The notes beneath the pieces were generated by a model. That model saw nothing but the letters and a program-made list of their open reading frames with translations. It had not been told where the DNA came from and did no database searches. Made by a program: the position numbers and the translations under genes. From the IMG/VR virus record IMGVR_UViG_3300030294_000014: 64,000 nucleotides of DNA. One strand, 5' to 3'. Shown here in pieces: positions 21,259-31,654 of this stretch. Positions within the stretch are counted from its first letter, which is position 1, and each line of letters starts with the position of its first letter. The DNA is from an uncultured virus (IMG/VR IMGVR_UViG_3300030294_000014). Taxonomy: Duplodnaviria; Heunggongvirae; Uroviricota; Caudoviricetes.

Positions 21259-22056
21259 TTATACTACTTCAAAAGATATTCCTCTGTACTTAGATTTCAG
21301 GGCTGGTAAAACACGATTAGTATCTTGTAAATAATGTTTCACTCTTCCTGCAAATAAACCTCCGTTCGCGCTTCTTGCCAATGGAGTATTTTGGCTAACT
21401 CCATCTAAACTCATTTGTATAGATGTAACTCCTATTCCATACAATATATCTCCTATTATCGCCAATACATTTAAGGCGGCGAATTTTGCGATAAAATCAA
21501 ATAAATCTGCGGGTACTTTGTCCCAACCTGTAACGTATCTAGGGCGCCAATAATTAGGTATGAACGTTTGTCCAAACCAACCTAAATGAGGAGACATGCC
21601 GTTGTATATCATAGAATTTTGAGTCATAGTAGCTCCGCTTCTACTTCCTGAATTAGGTATTAAATATATGTTCCTAAATATTGCTACCTCTGTTTGTTTT
21701 TTTATTGATAACCACTCTTTAGGATAAGTTATCTGACATATGTCATTTATCCATCCTTCAAGATTGTCTATATAAGATATAGGATACATTGTTCTGATAT
21801 AACCCCAAGACATAAATTCTTGTCTGTTAAAATCTCTGTTCTCCTCAATTACTTGTCTAGTTATTTTTATACTGAAAAGACTTTCTATTTGAGTTTGAGC
21901 AGATTTTATATGTTGACATATAGCTTGAGACGATAATTTTCTTCCGTCGCTAGAACATATAGGAATACCAAATAAGTAATTCTCTAATAATTCTGTAGGA
22001 GACATTAACATCTCCGCATTCTTATTATATTGAATTTTTAATTTTAAGCTTGGCAT
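21259..22056 (-). CDS. Head-tail adaptor / neck protein
   Basis: YVTGWDKVPADL and SLDGVSQ adaptor-like motifs; synteny. Confidence 0.65.
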   Translation of the reverse strand: MPSLKLKIQYNKNAEMLMSPTELLENYLFGIPICSSDGRKLSSQAICQHIKSAQTQIESLFSIKITRQVIEENRDFNRQEFMSWGYIRTMYPISYIDNLEGWINDICQITYPKEWLSIKKQTEVAIFRNIYLIPNSGSRSGATMTQNSMIYNGMSPHLGWFGQTFIPNYWRPRYVTGWDKVPADLFDFIAKFAALNVLAIIGDILYGIGVTSIQMSLDGVSQNTPLARSANGGLFAGRVKHYLQDTNRVLPALKSKYRGISFEVV

Positions 22057-22077
22057 ATCAGAACAATGTATTAAATA

Positions 22078-22497
22078 TTATTTCTCTTCTTCGCTGTCAT
22101 CTTCTTCGTCTTCTTCACTCTCCGAATTTACTTCATCAAATTTTTTAGACAAATAAGCGGACATAACTTTTTTATTTGTCAACCCCGTCCATTCTTCTTC
22201 GGGGTAACCAGCTTCTTTAGCCATGTCCTTCATTTCGGTTATTGACATACCTTTTAATCCCGCATCGAACTCTTCCTTTTCTGATATTTCTCCGTCGCCA
22301 TTTTCATCTTCTTCAGATTCTTCTTCGCTCTCTACTTTCTTTTTAAGATACTCCCAATCATTAGTACCTGTAACTAAATGAGCGGCGCATTTAGGAGAAA
22401 CATCAGTTAATCCGTTAGAATCAATATCTATAATTCCATCCACGGGAACACAAAGCTTCATAGAAGCCACTTTTGGATTTTTTGCTTTAATTTTCAT
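22078..22497 (-). CDS. Acidic hypothetical protein after capsid gene
   Basis: 139 aa with E/D tracts and a small helical domain. Confidence 0.65.
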   Translation of the reverse strand: MKIKAKNPKVASMKLCVPVDGIIDIDSNGLTDVSPKCAAHLVTGTNDWEYLKKKVESEEESEEDENGDGEISEKEEFDAGLKGMSITEMKDMAKEAGYPEEEWTGLTNKKVMSAYLSKKFDEVNSESEEDEEDDSEEEK

Positions 22498-22518
22498 TTT
22501 TATTACAATTTAAAGAAA

Positions 22519-22550
22519 AAAGGGATAGGGAAATTTTGCCCTACCCCTTT
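22519..22550 (-). terminator. Intrinsic terminator after major capsid gene
   Basis: AAAGGGGTAGGG...CCCTATCCCTTTTT on minus strand. Confidence 0.8.
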
Positions 22551-22574
22551 AATCAAGTTTAACAATTTTTTTTA

Positions 22575-24071
22575 TTATTTTACAAACTTACCAATATTGA
22601 TAAATCTTACCATTTTCTTGGGAGCGTACAAGAATGGAGTTCCGTACAACAATACCATGAAACGATAAGCTGGGCCAAGAAGAGCTAATTCCATTTTCAT
22701 TAGAGGAGCTAATTGAGCAAACTCAACTACTTCATTATCGAATTGGAACATAGCAGATTGATCTGTATTAGGTAAGAATCTGTTCATATCTCTTACAACA
22801 GTTTGACCTGCTCCGTCATAACCTCTTGACAAATCATCAAGAGACACTTCAAATAACGGGAAAAATTCTCCATTAGCAGCAACTCCTGATAAGGTACGAT
22901 AAATTCTGTAACCCGTAGCTTTGTTTACACCTCCGCCGTCGGCAAATTTTAAATCTACAGCCCCATTAGCAACTCCAGCTACTGCAGCTGTGTTGTAAAT
23001 AGCCATATCAGATTCGCCATAACGGTTCAATGCCACAACTCCATAATATACATTTCCAGCGTCAGAAGAAGCCCATTTACTACCTGTAACAGATGTTGGG
23101 ACAGCAGTTGGAGTAGTTGAATCCCAAACTGGTTTCGCAGGAGCTTTTTGAGAATTTGCAGCGGTGCTTGAATTTTTACTTGGCAATTTCTTGAAGAATA
23201 CATCATGATTTAAACCAACTCGACCGAATTGAGAATCAAATGCTTGGACGTGTTGACCCATAATACCATCTGACAAAGAAGGCGTATTAGGCATAATGAA
23301 TTTGTTACCGTAAAAATTCTTTACGAAACTAGACAAAACAGCTGGTGGACCATAAATCTGAGTCCCCAATCCGTAGTTTTCTACGATAGAATTTGCAGCA
23401 GTTTCTATTGCGTCTTCAGTTAAAGCCGAACCTCTAAGGTCAACGACTTGTTCAGAGTTCATATATTCAGCATAGTTGGCCCAAGCGTCAGATTGCATCT
23501 GTTGAGCCAAGAAACCATTAAATTGTTCAGGAACTATTTTTTCATTACCGAAATACAAACCTTGATTCAAAGTTCGTAAAAGCCAAAGTGTACCGTCTTT
23601 AATGGTGCGTTCCATTACAGAACCTACCATTGTATTGACAAGTGTCATTTGATGAGTGATACTCTTGGTAACGCCAAGGTATTTCACCAACTGAGCTCTA
23701 CGTACAAATGTACTGTCTTCTTCCTCAGGCAATTCTCCTTCTCTATTCCAACCGCCGCGATTAGCACCGTATGAAGTTTGTTGGTTATACTCTTCTACTG
23801 TATTATAAGCAGCTTTTTTTGGAACGTCTTTCCATAAACGAATATCATTCTCACGGAATGTAATATGTTTCAAAGTTTTCTCTAAAGATTCTACCTTTAA
23901 AGCTGCGCCTGATGCAGTAGACAAGTCCGCTGTGTCACGGCCAGTAATCTGTTCAGCGGCTAACGCTTTATTTAAAGCGTCAAGATCAGCTGAAGTTCCC
24001 ATTCCATTATGGGCGCCATCTTGTTGAGTAGCATAACCATAATCGGCAAGGTTTATTGATAATCTTTCCAT
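22575..24071 (-). CDS. Major capsid protein (SPO1/Twort-like)
   Basis: GAALKVESLEKTLK, AYNTVEEY and LYGTPFLYAPKK motifs of Herelleviridae-type MCP. Confidence 0.92.
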   Translation of the reverse strand: MERLSINLADYGYATQQDGAHNGMGTSADLDALNKALAAEQITGRDTADLSTASGAALKVESLEKTLKHITFRENDIRLWKDVPKKAAYNTVEEYNQQTSYGANRGGWNREGELPEEEDSTFVRRAQLVKYLGVTKSITHQMTLVNTMVGSVMERTIKDGTLWLLRTLNQGLYFGNEKIVPEQFNGFLAQQMQSDAWANYAEYMNSEQVVDLRGSALTEDAIETAANSIVENYGLGTQIYGPPAVLSSFVKNFYGNKFIMPNTPSLSDGIMGQHVQAFDSQFGRVGLNHDVFFKKLPSKNSSTAANSQKAPAKPVWDSTTPTAVPTSVTGSKWASSDAGNVYYGVVALNRYGESDMAIYNTAAVAGVANGAVDLKFADGGGVNKATGYRIYRTLSGVAANGEFFPLFEVSLDDLSRGYDGAGQTVVRDMNRFLPNTDQSAMFQFDNEVVEFAQLAPLMKMELALLGPAYRFMVLLYGTPFLYAPKKMVRFINIGKFVK

Positions 24072-24091
24072 TTTCTTTTATTTATTTATTG

Positions 24092-25594
24092 TTATTTAAC
24101 AATTTCAAAACCGTAATCATTTTTGATACGGGCTATAATATTTGCCGGCAAAGATTTGGTAGCTTCAAAATGAGTTACAGCCTTACTGAATTCATCATCA
24201 TACCCTTTAGCAAAAGTAGCTTGGTCAAGTAATTCGGCTACAGCCGCACCTTGTCTACTCATACTTATTTGCTTTTCATTAGTTTTTTCTTTTCCTCCGA
24301 AGTCATTGTCATTTCCCTTTGAGAACTGACGTTCAACGGGTCTTGAAGACGATAGAGATTTGGGAGCTGGGACTTCTGCCCCGAATGCTTCAACCCTCTC
24401 TGACATGGAAGAAATAGTTTCATCTTGTGCTTTTACAACATCTAGCAATTCACTCTCGCGTTCTGCCGCAGCTTCAAGTTTTTGAGTAGCGTCTTTCATC
24501 ATAACCCCAAGTGCCTTAATATACTTAGAATTGATTTGATGAGATGTAGCTATAGCCTTTTCGATTCTGTCGAAACGGTTGCCGCCATCTGCGCCTTTTT
24601 GAACTTTCTTACCCCCTTTATTTTCAGCTTCTTCATCTTCTTCGTCTTCATTGGCTTCCTCTTCAGCAGTTTCCTCTTCGTCAGCCTCCTTTTTCTTAGT
24701 AGATGTTTTAGCTTTCTTGGTAGGTTTCTCGGACTGCATGCCATCGCCGCCGCAACCCTTTGTGACGTCATCTCCTTCAACTGCATCTAGCCCTAGAGCT
24801 TCGTATGCCTTTTGAATATCGTCACTTGTTACGTTTTTTCTTCCTTCCATGTTCGCAATTTTTATTAACATTAAATGAATTTTTTCTGCTTTATCAATAC
24901 TAATAGCTGGAATGTCCTTGAAAAGTTTTTCTACTATTTCAGCTTTTGAAAAATTTTGTTTTTTTACTTTTGAATCTACTGATTCTTTTTTCAAAGCGGA
25001 AGCGTTCTCCGTATTCAATCCCTTGTCTTCTTCTTTTGTATTTTCTTCTTCCTCATCGTCAATATCATCCGTCTCTCCTTTTATTATATTGGCAAAGGTT
25101 TTAGGGTTTTTAGGTTGATGAGTTATAGCTACTCCTGTAATAATAGCTTTTGATATTTGTTTATAATCAGGAGATTTTTTGTCATTAGACTTTCTTTTTA
25201 TAACTCTACCTTCTATTGAGTAACCCAAACGTCTAGTCTTTGAATCTTTTTCAAGAGTTTGAGCTAATTCCCAAACGTCGCAAGCTATTTTGCTTGAAGG
25301 ATAAAGATCAGTTTCTATGTACAAACCCTCTGGGCGTATTTCTGCCGTAGTAGGCTCTCCAATAATAGTTGAAGGTTGTCCCTTAGCTTGATGGTGCCAA
25401 TTAACTAAACCATTTTCTTTTAATGGTTTTATATCAAAACCCTTAGGGTCAAGATACTCTCCATCGCTATCTTTATCGGAAGTTGAAGCTATTCCGCCCA
25501 ATCTCATGATTTTTTCTCCCGTAGTGGGATCAAGACAATCTTGCGATTTTTCTATGGGACACCAGAACTCAAATTTATCTTCTATTTTTGTCAT
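24092..25594 (-). CDS. Prohead protease with C-terminal scaffold-like region
   Basis: GIASTSDKDSDGE, NWHH, LGYSIEG and GVAITHQPKNP motifs. Likely start is MTKIED at 25594. Confidence 0.88.
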   Translation of the reverse strand: MTKIEDKFEFWCPIEKSQDCLDPTTGEKIMRLGGIASTSDKDSDGEYLDPKGFDIKPLKENGLVNWHHQAKGQPSTIIGEPTTAEIRPEGLYIETDLYPSSKIACDVWELAQTLEKDSKTRRLGYSIEGRVIKRKSNDKKSPDYKQISKAIITGVAITHQPKNPKTFANIIKGETDDIDDEEEENTKEEDKGLNTENASALKKESVDSKVKKQNFSKAEIVEKLFKDIPAISIDKAEKIHLMLIKIANMEGRKNVTSDDIQKAYEALGLDAVEGDDVTKGCGGDGMQSEKPTKKAKTSTKKKEADEEETAEEEANEDEEDEEAENKGGKKVQKGADGGNRFDRIEKAIATSHQINSKYIKALGVMMKDATQKLEAAAERESELLDVVKAQDETISSMSERVEAFGAEVPAPKSLSSSRPVERQFSKGNDNDFGGKEKTNEKQISMSRQGAAVAELLDQATFAKGYDDEFSKAVTHFEATKSLPANIIARIKNDYGFEIVK

Positions 25595-25668
25595 CTTTTG
25601 TATAAAATAAAATAAGATCAAAAGTATTGAACTTTCGACCTTATTATAACTGCCAATATAGGAAAATA

Positions 25669-25974
25669 TTATTTATCTGACATAGTTCTTTTTATCCAAC
25701 CGAAAAAATATTTCTTATTGCTAGATTTTTTATCGCAAATAGATATATAATATTTTGTTTTTTCTATCTTCCTTGCGTTAGAATAATTTTTGTAAGATAT
25801 TGTTGAATTCAAATATTTTATACTATCTCTTAAAATAGATACCCTTTCATTTAATTTGTTTATTTCTATATCTTTTGAAATATTCTTAGAATCTATAGAA
25901 TTATTTATTTTATTTGAGTTGCCACAATAATCAAATAATGAAAACAAAATAAAAATTATTAATAAATTTTTCAT
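25669..25974 (-). CDS. Membrane/lipoprotein, possible spanin component
   Basis: Hydrophobic N-terminus plus Cys, coiled coil; overlaps endolysin stop. Confidence 0.45.
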   Translation of the reverse strand: MKNLLIIFILFSLFDYCGNSNKINNSIDSKNISKDIEINKLNERVSILRDSIKYLNSTISYKNYSNARKIEKTKYYISICDKKSSNKKYFFGWIKRTMSDK

Positions 25975-26384
25975 ACTACTGAATTTAATTTTATTAACAA
26001 ATCTTGATTCATAACTCCCGTTTCTTTCATTTTAAATTGTCTCTCCGAAAGTTTAACAGAAGTGCCGCAACCCATATTAACGGCTGTGTCATACATATCG
26101 TTTGCAACAAATTGATTTTTTATCTTATCACCCCAAACAATATCCCAATAATTAGTTTTATAAAATTTTTGCTCTAAAGTTACTAATGAACTTCTTTTAT
26201 CTGAAAGATTCTTCGGAAAACCTACTTTTTTCTTTTGAGAATCTATTATGCTCCAACCTTCCCAATTAGGATGAGATTTTCTAGCTATTCCGAAGTACGT
26301 TTCTCCGCCATTATCATTAGGGTCATTGACATACCCTCCTTCAAATTTACCTGTACGATTATAAGCCGTTATAAAATCTGCCAT
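25971..26384 (-). CDS. Endolysin, glycoside hydrolase family 108
   Basis: EGGYVNDPNDNGGETYFGI and YDTAVNMG signature. Confidence 0.92.
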   Translation of the reverse strand: MADFITAYNRTGKFEGGYVNDPNDNGGETYFGIARKSHPNWEGWSIIDSQKKKVGFPKNLSDKRSSLVTLEQKFYKTNYWDIVWGDKIKNQFVANDMYDTAVNMGCGTSVKLSERQFKMKETGVMNQDLLIKLNSVV

Positions 26385-26388
26385 ATTG

Positions 26389-27576
26389 TTATTTATTTGC
26401 TTTCTTTTTAGCGGTCTTTATTATTTCCAAAACAGTATTTATCGCATAACCTATTACTCCATCTGTAAATTTACCCGTGGCGGTCAAATCACTTCCTATG
26501 TCACTCCTATTAACAACAGAATCGTCTGCGTGAGCCCTTGCAGTTCTTAAAATCCAAGTTCTTCCTGGTGACGCTTCTTTAGAAGGCTCTGGAACAAAAG
26601 AAGAAGCTTTCTTAGTATCAGAAGATTTTTCTTTAACGGTTTCCTTTTTATCTTCTTTGGAAGTCTTTTCTACGGGCTTCTTAGTTTCTTCTTTTTTGGA
26701 AGAAATTTTCATAAAATTATCATAATTAGTAGCCTCTCTCATTTTTTTATCAGTAAAATCCATTTCATTTAAAACAAAACTTCCGCTCTTATTAAAAGCA
26801 TTTTTAATTCCTAATTTTGTTACCTGATGTTTTTCAAAATTTGCTGATAAATTGAAACCTTTATTTTCGGCAAACTTACCGTCATGATATAAAAAATTAA
26901 ATCTTATATTGTCATTATTTTTATCATAACCGCTTATTCTTACGACGCCATCTGTTTTAGATAAAATATCATTTAACGATTTGATTGAATAAACTTCTTT
27001 ATTTTTTATTTTTTTATTTTCAGAAGTTTTTTCTACAACATTTTCAGTCTCTTCTTTTTTAGAAGATTTTCCATCTTGTTTAGAATTACCAGAAGGATTT
27101 TCATAAGAATCTGTTTTCTTTTTATTTCTCCAATCCCCCTTACCTCCTGCGGCAGACGAAACCCAAACCCACTTACCATTCTTATGTATTTCGCCTTCGG
27201 TATGAGCCTTTTCAAAGGTCTTCACATCATCTAATAAAATATCTTCTGCTTTCTCTAAAGGCATATCTTTTTCATTGAAAAATTCATCGTCTTGAGCTTT
27301 CCAGGTCTCAGGTAATAAATCTTCTTTATCAAGTTCTTTAGCGCGTTTCTTTATCCAAGTTTTAGCCTTAGCTTCGTCTTTAGCTCTTCCAACTGAACGA
27401 ATGGCGTCTTTTAAATCTTGAGTATTTCTTATAGGGAATGAACCATCGGGCATAGCTTCTTTTTCTTTAGATAAAGTTTTTCTCTTCTTCTCAGAAAAAT
27501 CATGTTCATTACCTCCTTTTTCTATTACGTCTTCAAGCAATAATGCTTCGGCTTTTTCTATTGTCATTTCATCCAT
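26389..27576 (-). CDS. Putative internal head protein (DUF6582-like N-terminal domain)
   Basis: AMPDGSFPIRNTQDLKDAI motif; repeated (I/L/F)EK(A/G) sites; preceded by late-type motif. Confidence 0.6.
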   Translation of the reverse strand: MDEMTIEKAEALLLEDVIEKGGNEHDFSEKKRKTLSKEKEAMPDGSFPIRNTQDLKDAIRSVGRAKDEAKAKTWIKKRAKELDKEDLLPETWKAQDDEFFNEKDMPLEKAEDILLDDVKTFEKAHTEGEIHKNGKWVWVSSAAGGKGDWRNKKKTDSYENPSGNSKQDGKSSKKEETENVVEKTSENKKIKNKEVYSIKSLNDILSKTDGVVRISGYDKNNDNIRFNFLYHDGKFAENKGFNLSANFEKHQVTKLGIKNAFNKSGSFVLNEMDFTDKKMREATNYDNFMKISSKKEETKKPVEKTSKEDKKETVKEKSSDTKKASSFVPEPSKEASPGRTWILRTARAHADDSVVNRSDIGSDLTATGKFTDGVIGYAINTVLEIIKTAKKKANK

Positions 27577-27621
27577 GATATGTTATTTTTAGAAAATTAA
27601 TTATGATAAAAATAATAACTG

Positions 27622-29055
27622 TTAATCAGTCTCCCATCTTATAGGAAGAGTTATTCCATAAAAATCTTCCATTATTTCATTAGTTATTTTTTTAACATTT
27701 TCAGAATCTTTTCCCTTATCTAATTCTTTATTTACAAGTTTCTTTCCTCCTTTAACAAGTCTTATAACTTCCTTAATGTTCTTTTTAGCATTGAATAATT
27801 CATGAACTAAATCAAAATTCCACTTAGTATCTTTCAAATACTTTGAAGAAGACATTTCAGAAGCTTTCTTAAGAATCTCAGCGAATTGTTTAGGAGTGGC
27901 ATCCCAAGGAATAATTATTGCTCTTATATTTTCAAATAGAGGGTCATATAAATCTTTAGTTTCTCCCTTAATAAGTCCTTTATAATCTCTTAAAACGGGA
28001 TAACAACCACTTAGCATAGCTTCTATTATAAATCCATTAATATGCGTTCTACAATAATTTGCATAATGTTGAGCCCAAGACGGGTCTACCGCGAATTTAC
28101 TATTAAACAAATTCTTCCTTACATCTTCTCCACTTATCTGTCCTAGATATTTCATACCGAACTTTTCAGCTACATCCCAAATCTTTTCTCCAATATATTT
28201 TTTACTTATATCAGGGTCTCGTTTTCTACTAACTTTATAAGTTTCTTTACATTTAGTAGGTGCTACCATATAAGCTTGTTCTATTCCCGACCCCGCTATC
28301 TTTACAGAATATTCTTCATCAAGATAAGGGATAGCTCTTATAAGGTCATCAACATGTTTCATAGATTTAAAAATATGAGCGGCAAAAAAATCGTTTTTTC
28401 TCTTACTCATAATTTTTAAGGGCATATTATCTCCTTCTTTTAAAAAACGAGGATTTAGCAATAAAGTTCTTGGTATTCCTATATTCTCACAACAACGATA
28501 AGCGGCTATATGAGCGCACTCTAAAAATAATATCTTATCTTTCAAGGCGGTTATATTACTAGCTCTTATGTCAAAATAAGCATCGTGAACAATAAAGATT
28601 TGTTTTATATCAGACGTAGGAAGGTCAAAGAATTTCCACCAAAAACTAAAATCCCCCTTACCCCACGCACTTGATTTAGTAGGCATAAAATTCCACATTA
28701 TAAGATCAAAATCTTTTACAAGGTTATGCCATCTTTCTAAAGCATTCTTTTCAAAAACTCCTATACGATTACTCGGCGGAAGAAAAAAACCATAATAATT
28801 ATTCTTCCAATAACAAGTCGCTTCATCGTATTCATAGCCGCCGTTCTGGGAGTTCGTCTTCAATTTATCTTGAAAACGCCCACTCTCAAATTCTTTTATT
28901 TTATTGTCGTAAGTCTTTTGATTCGTAGCAGAATTTGATAATTGTGCTATATCTACCGTATGTCCAAGAGATTTCAAAGCTTTAACTTTAGCCGTTACAT
29001 GCTCTATAATCCCGCCATACTTTGCTATCTCAAAATCTGCTATAAGTATTTTCAT
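27622..29055 (-). CDS. GT-B (GT4-like) glycosyltransferase
   Basis: MKILIAD...GGIIEH...LGHTVDI N-terminus; KHVDDLIRAI; IIEAMLSGCYPV. Confidence 0.8.
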   Translation of the reverse strand: MKILIADFEIAKYGGIIEHVTAKVKALKSLGHTVDIAQLSNSATNQKTYDNKIKEFESGRFQDKLKTNSQNGGYEYDEATCYWKNNYYGFFLPPSNRIGVFEKNALERWHNLVKDFDLIMWNFMPTKSSAWGKGDFSFWWKFFDLPTSDIKQIFIVHDAYFDIRASNITALKDKILFLECAHIAAYRCCENIGIPRTLLLNPRFLKEGDNMPLKIMSKRKNDFFAAHIFKSMKHVDDLIRAIPYLDEEYSVKIAGSGIEQAYMVAPTKCKETYKVSRKRDPDISKKYIGEKIWDVAEKFGMKYLGQISGEDVRKNLFNSKFAVDPSWAQHYANYCRTHINGFIIEAMLSGCYPVLRDYKGLIKGETKDLYDPLFENIRAIIIPWDATPKQFAEILKKASEMSSSKYLKDTKWNFDLVHELFNAKKNIKEVIRLVKGGKKLVNKELDKGKDSENVKKITNEIMEDFYGITLPIRWETD

Positions 29056-29061
29056 ATCTTT

Positions 29062-29760
29062 TTAAAATGGTAAATCATCTGCCGAATTATTTATTACTAT
29101 TGGTTTATAAATTTCTTCGGGAAGTTGTTTTTTTATGTAACCCTGTTCGTAAAATTGAAGTCCACTCTGAGAACGATAAAATTTTGAAGCTAATTTCCAT
29201 TTCACTTCGTCAAATTCTTTAACATCATAAGAAGCTTCCAAACTTAAAAATTTCAATCTTTCCGATAAATGAAATTTAGCCTTTCTTTTATATGAATGAG
29301 GAAACTCTCTATAACAATATTCGGCATACCCATAACAATACAATAAATTAAAAACCCAATGATGAAAAGGATGTCCGATACCTAATGGAGAAAATACTAC
29401 ATAATCAGAATTTTTTCTTAAAAAATTTTCAATGAATTTTATAAGCTTTTTTTGCATTTCAGATAATTTTTTTTCTCCGTAATATTCTCTCAAAAAATCT
29501 TCCGATTGTTGATTTGACATCTCCTTATACAATTTATAATACCCATAGTAACTATCATCAATAAAATCTGAATCAAGGCTATGAAATGGTATATTAAGAA
29601 AATCAAATAATTTTTTGTCTTCGGCTATTCTCTTCGGGTCACTCTCTACAGTAAGAACCTGAACTTCATATTCTGGCATAAATAAAATATGAGAACAACT
29701 AAATAATCCGTCGTCAGAATGAGGTTGTATCAATAATACTTTTGTTTTTATTTCTCCCAT
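29062..29760 (-). CDS. PIG-L/LmbE family de-N-acetylase
   Basis: LLIQPHSDD, GHPFH and FYRSQ motifs. Confidence 0.82.
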   Translation of the reverse strand: MGEIKTKVLLIQPHSDDGLFSCSHILFMPEYEVQVLTVESDPKRIAEDKKLFDFLNIPFHSLDSDFIDDSYYGYYKLYKEMSNQQSEDFLREYYGEKKLSEMQKKLIKFIENFLRKNSDYVVFSPLGIGHPFHHWVFNLLYCYGYAEYCYREFPHSYKRKAKFHLSERLKFLSLEASYDVKEFDEVKWKLASKFYRSQSGLQFYEQGYIKKQLPEEIYKPIVINNSADDLPF

Positions 29761-30713
29761 TTTCTTTTGATTATTATAGAAGATAATGGACCAAATTTAC
29801 TAACTTCTTTTGCCATATTTTTAGCTTCTGACGAAATTTCAGGTAAATCTTTTTGTCCTGAACTATCTGGTAAAAAACCTACTCTCATACTCATATTTGT
29901 ACAACCACTACAAGGTTTGAAATCTCTACTATAATTATACAACATAATTCTAGCTGCTTGAAAACGTTCATGGTTCCACAATTCAACTATACCCATATCA
30001 TTAATATTAGCTATCGGATATTCACCACGAAAATCATCACAACACAATGAAACATTACCATCATATCTAAAAGCTAATTCACGAAACGGCATAGTACATC
30101 TTTTTTTATTATAAGATAAGTTTAGAGGTGCTGCGGCACCGCAATGATTAGCAAGCTTTCTGGTTATCTTATGATCATCTTTGATAGGAGGTAAAAGAAG
30201 TATTCTTTCTTTCTTATTATTAGTGTATAATGGTATTCCCTTATTATGAAATACGATATTCCAATCTCCTTTTATTTCGTTGATAAAATTCCAATCTCCT
30301 TCGTCGGAATAACAATCTACAATAAGGTTATTTATTCCAGAATCAAATAAATTCTTAAGATACTTTTCTTTGTTTTCAGAATTATTTATTCCATATCCGT
30401 TAGTATACATATGGAATACGGCATCTGGAAGATTCTTTCTAAAGATTTTTATTATTTCAAAAATCTTGGGGTTCAAAGTCGGCTCTCCGTGCTGAGCAAA
30501 AACTATTTTACTATTCCAACCCGCTTTTGATATTTCGCTTGCTATTCTCTCGGCTATTTTTAAATTCATATGATTCCAAGGTTTAGTTCCCTTTTCTCTC
30601 ATACCTCTTAAACCACAAAATGAACAACCTAAATTACAACCTTCTGTCGGCTCTATCAAAACTGTGAAAGGAGACTGTTGTAAATCTTTAACTAAGACAT
30701 TTTTATTTTTCAT
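29748..30713 (-). CDS. Radical SAM protein with SPASM/twitch domain
   Basis: CNLGCSFC; HGEPTL; CTMPF...DGNVSLCC...PCSGC. Confidence 0.92.
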   Translation of the reverse strand: MKNKNVLVKDLQQSPFTVLIEPTEGCNLGCSFCGLRGMREKGTKPWNHMNLKIAERIASEISKAGWNSKIVFAQHGEPTLNPKIFEIIKIFRKNLPDAVFHMYTNGYGINNSENKEKYLKNLFDSGINNLIVDCYSDEGDWNFINEIKGDWNIVFHNKGIPLYTNNKKERILLLPPIKDDHKITRKLANHCGAAAPLNLSYNKKRCTMPFRELAFRYDGNVSLCCDDFRGEYPIANINDMGIVELWNHERFQAARIMLYNYSRDFKPCSGCTNMSMRVGFLPDSSGQKDLPEISSEAKNMAKEVSKFGPLSSIIIKRKWEK

Positions 30714-30721
30714 AAAACAAA

Positions 30722-31654
30722 TTATTTTGAAACTTTTATGTTTAACTTTATATCTTTTAACTTTGAATTTTTAGAAATTACTTTAATCGGTTTTGTAAAC
30801 GCCCGAAGTTTTGAATCCCAAGCAAAACCCGCCTTTTTATTATTTATAGTACAACGACAATAAGGATGAGTTGGAGAAATAGTCGGAAGCCATTGAGAAG
30901 TTTTTCTTCCTATATTATTACCATTTTTAATTATTTCAGATAATTTAAAAACAATCGGCTCACTGTCGGAATCTTCAGGATTAATCAAATAAAGTTTTTT
31001 ACAATGTTTACAAGCTCCTGTATATACATCAAAATAAACTTCTGCTTCTCCTCCGTAATTTTTTAATATGCTTTGAGCTCTTCCTGTATTATATGATTCA
31101 TGAGTCAAATAATAAGCTATTCGAAGCCAATCTACTTCCCAATCTTTAGAAATATTAGAAAGCTCCGAAGCTAAACTTCTTGCTCCTGACCTTAATTCAA
31201 CTGCCTTTATTGCCTTTCCTCTTATTATTTTTTGAACTAATAAGGATTGGCTTTGATTATTTTTTAAAACGGAATTACTCAAAGAAGTTCTCATCCTACT
31301 TCCTAAACTAGTTATATCGTTATAAACTCTATTTTTAACATTCTGAAGAGCAAATTCTTCCTCTTCTGTAAGAGGTATGAAATTCCCCGAAGAAAGGAAC
31401 TTTTGAAATTGAAGGTATGACATTTTTTTAGCTCTTTCATCTCCTATAGATTCAGCTAATATTCCAAAAAGAAAAGCATGTTCGATTACTCCCTTTTTAT
31501 CTTTAAACTTATCAATATTTATCCCATGAGATTTCAATATTAATTTATCCGACGCGGAAAGAAAATCAAGCCCTATTTGGCTTGATATAAATACCAATTC
31601 ATATTTTCTTAAAATTGATAATAATTCTTGTATTTGAGATTGGTTAAAAATCAT
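30722..31654 (-). CDS. Head morphogenesis / MuF-like minor head protein
   Basis: RIAYYLTH, ACKHC and PTHPYCRC motifs. Confidence 0.75.
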   Translation of the reverse strand: MIFNQSQIQELLSILRKYELVFISSQIGLDFLSASDKLILKSHGINIDKFKDKKGVIEHAFLFGILAESIGDERAKKMSYLQFQKFLSSGNFIPLTEEEEFALQNVKNRVYNDITSLGSRMRTSLSNSVLKNNQSQSLLVQKIIRGKAIKAVELRSGARSLASELSNISKDWEVDWLRIAYYLTHESYNTGRAQSILKNYGGEAEVYFDVYTGACKHCKKLYLINPEDSDSEPIVFKLSEIIKNGNNIGRKTSQWLPTISPTHPYCRCTINNKKAGFAWDSKLRAFTKPIKVISKNSKLKDIKLNIKVSK

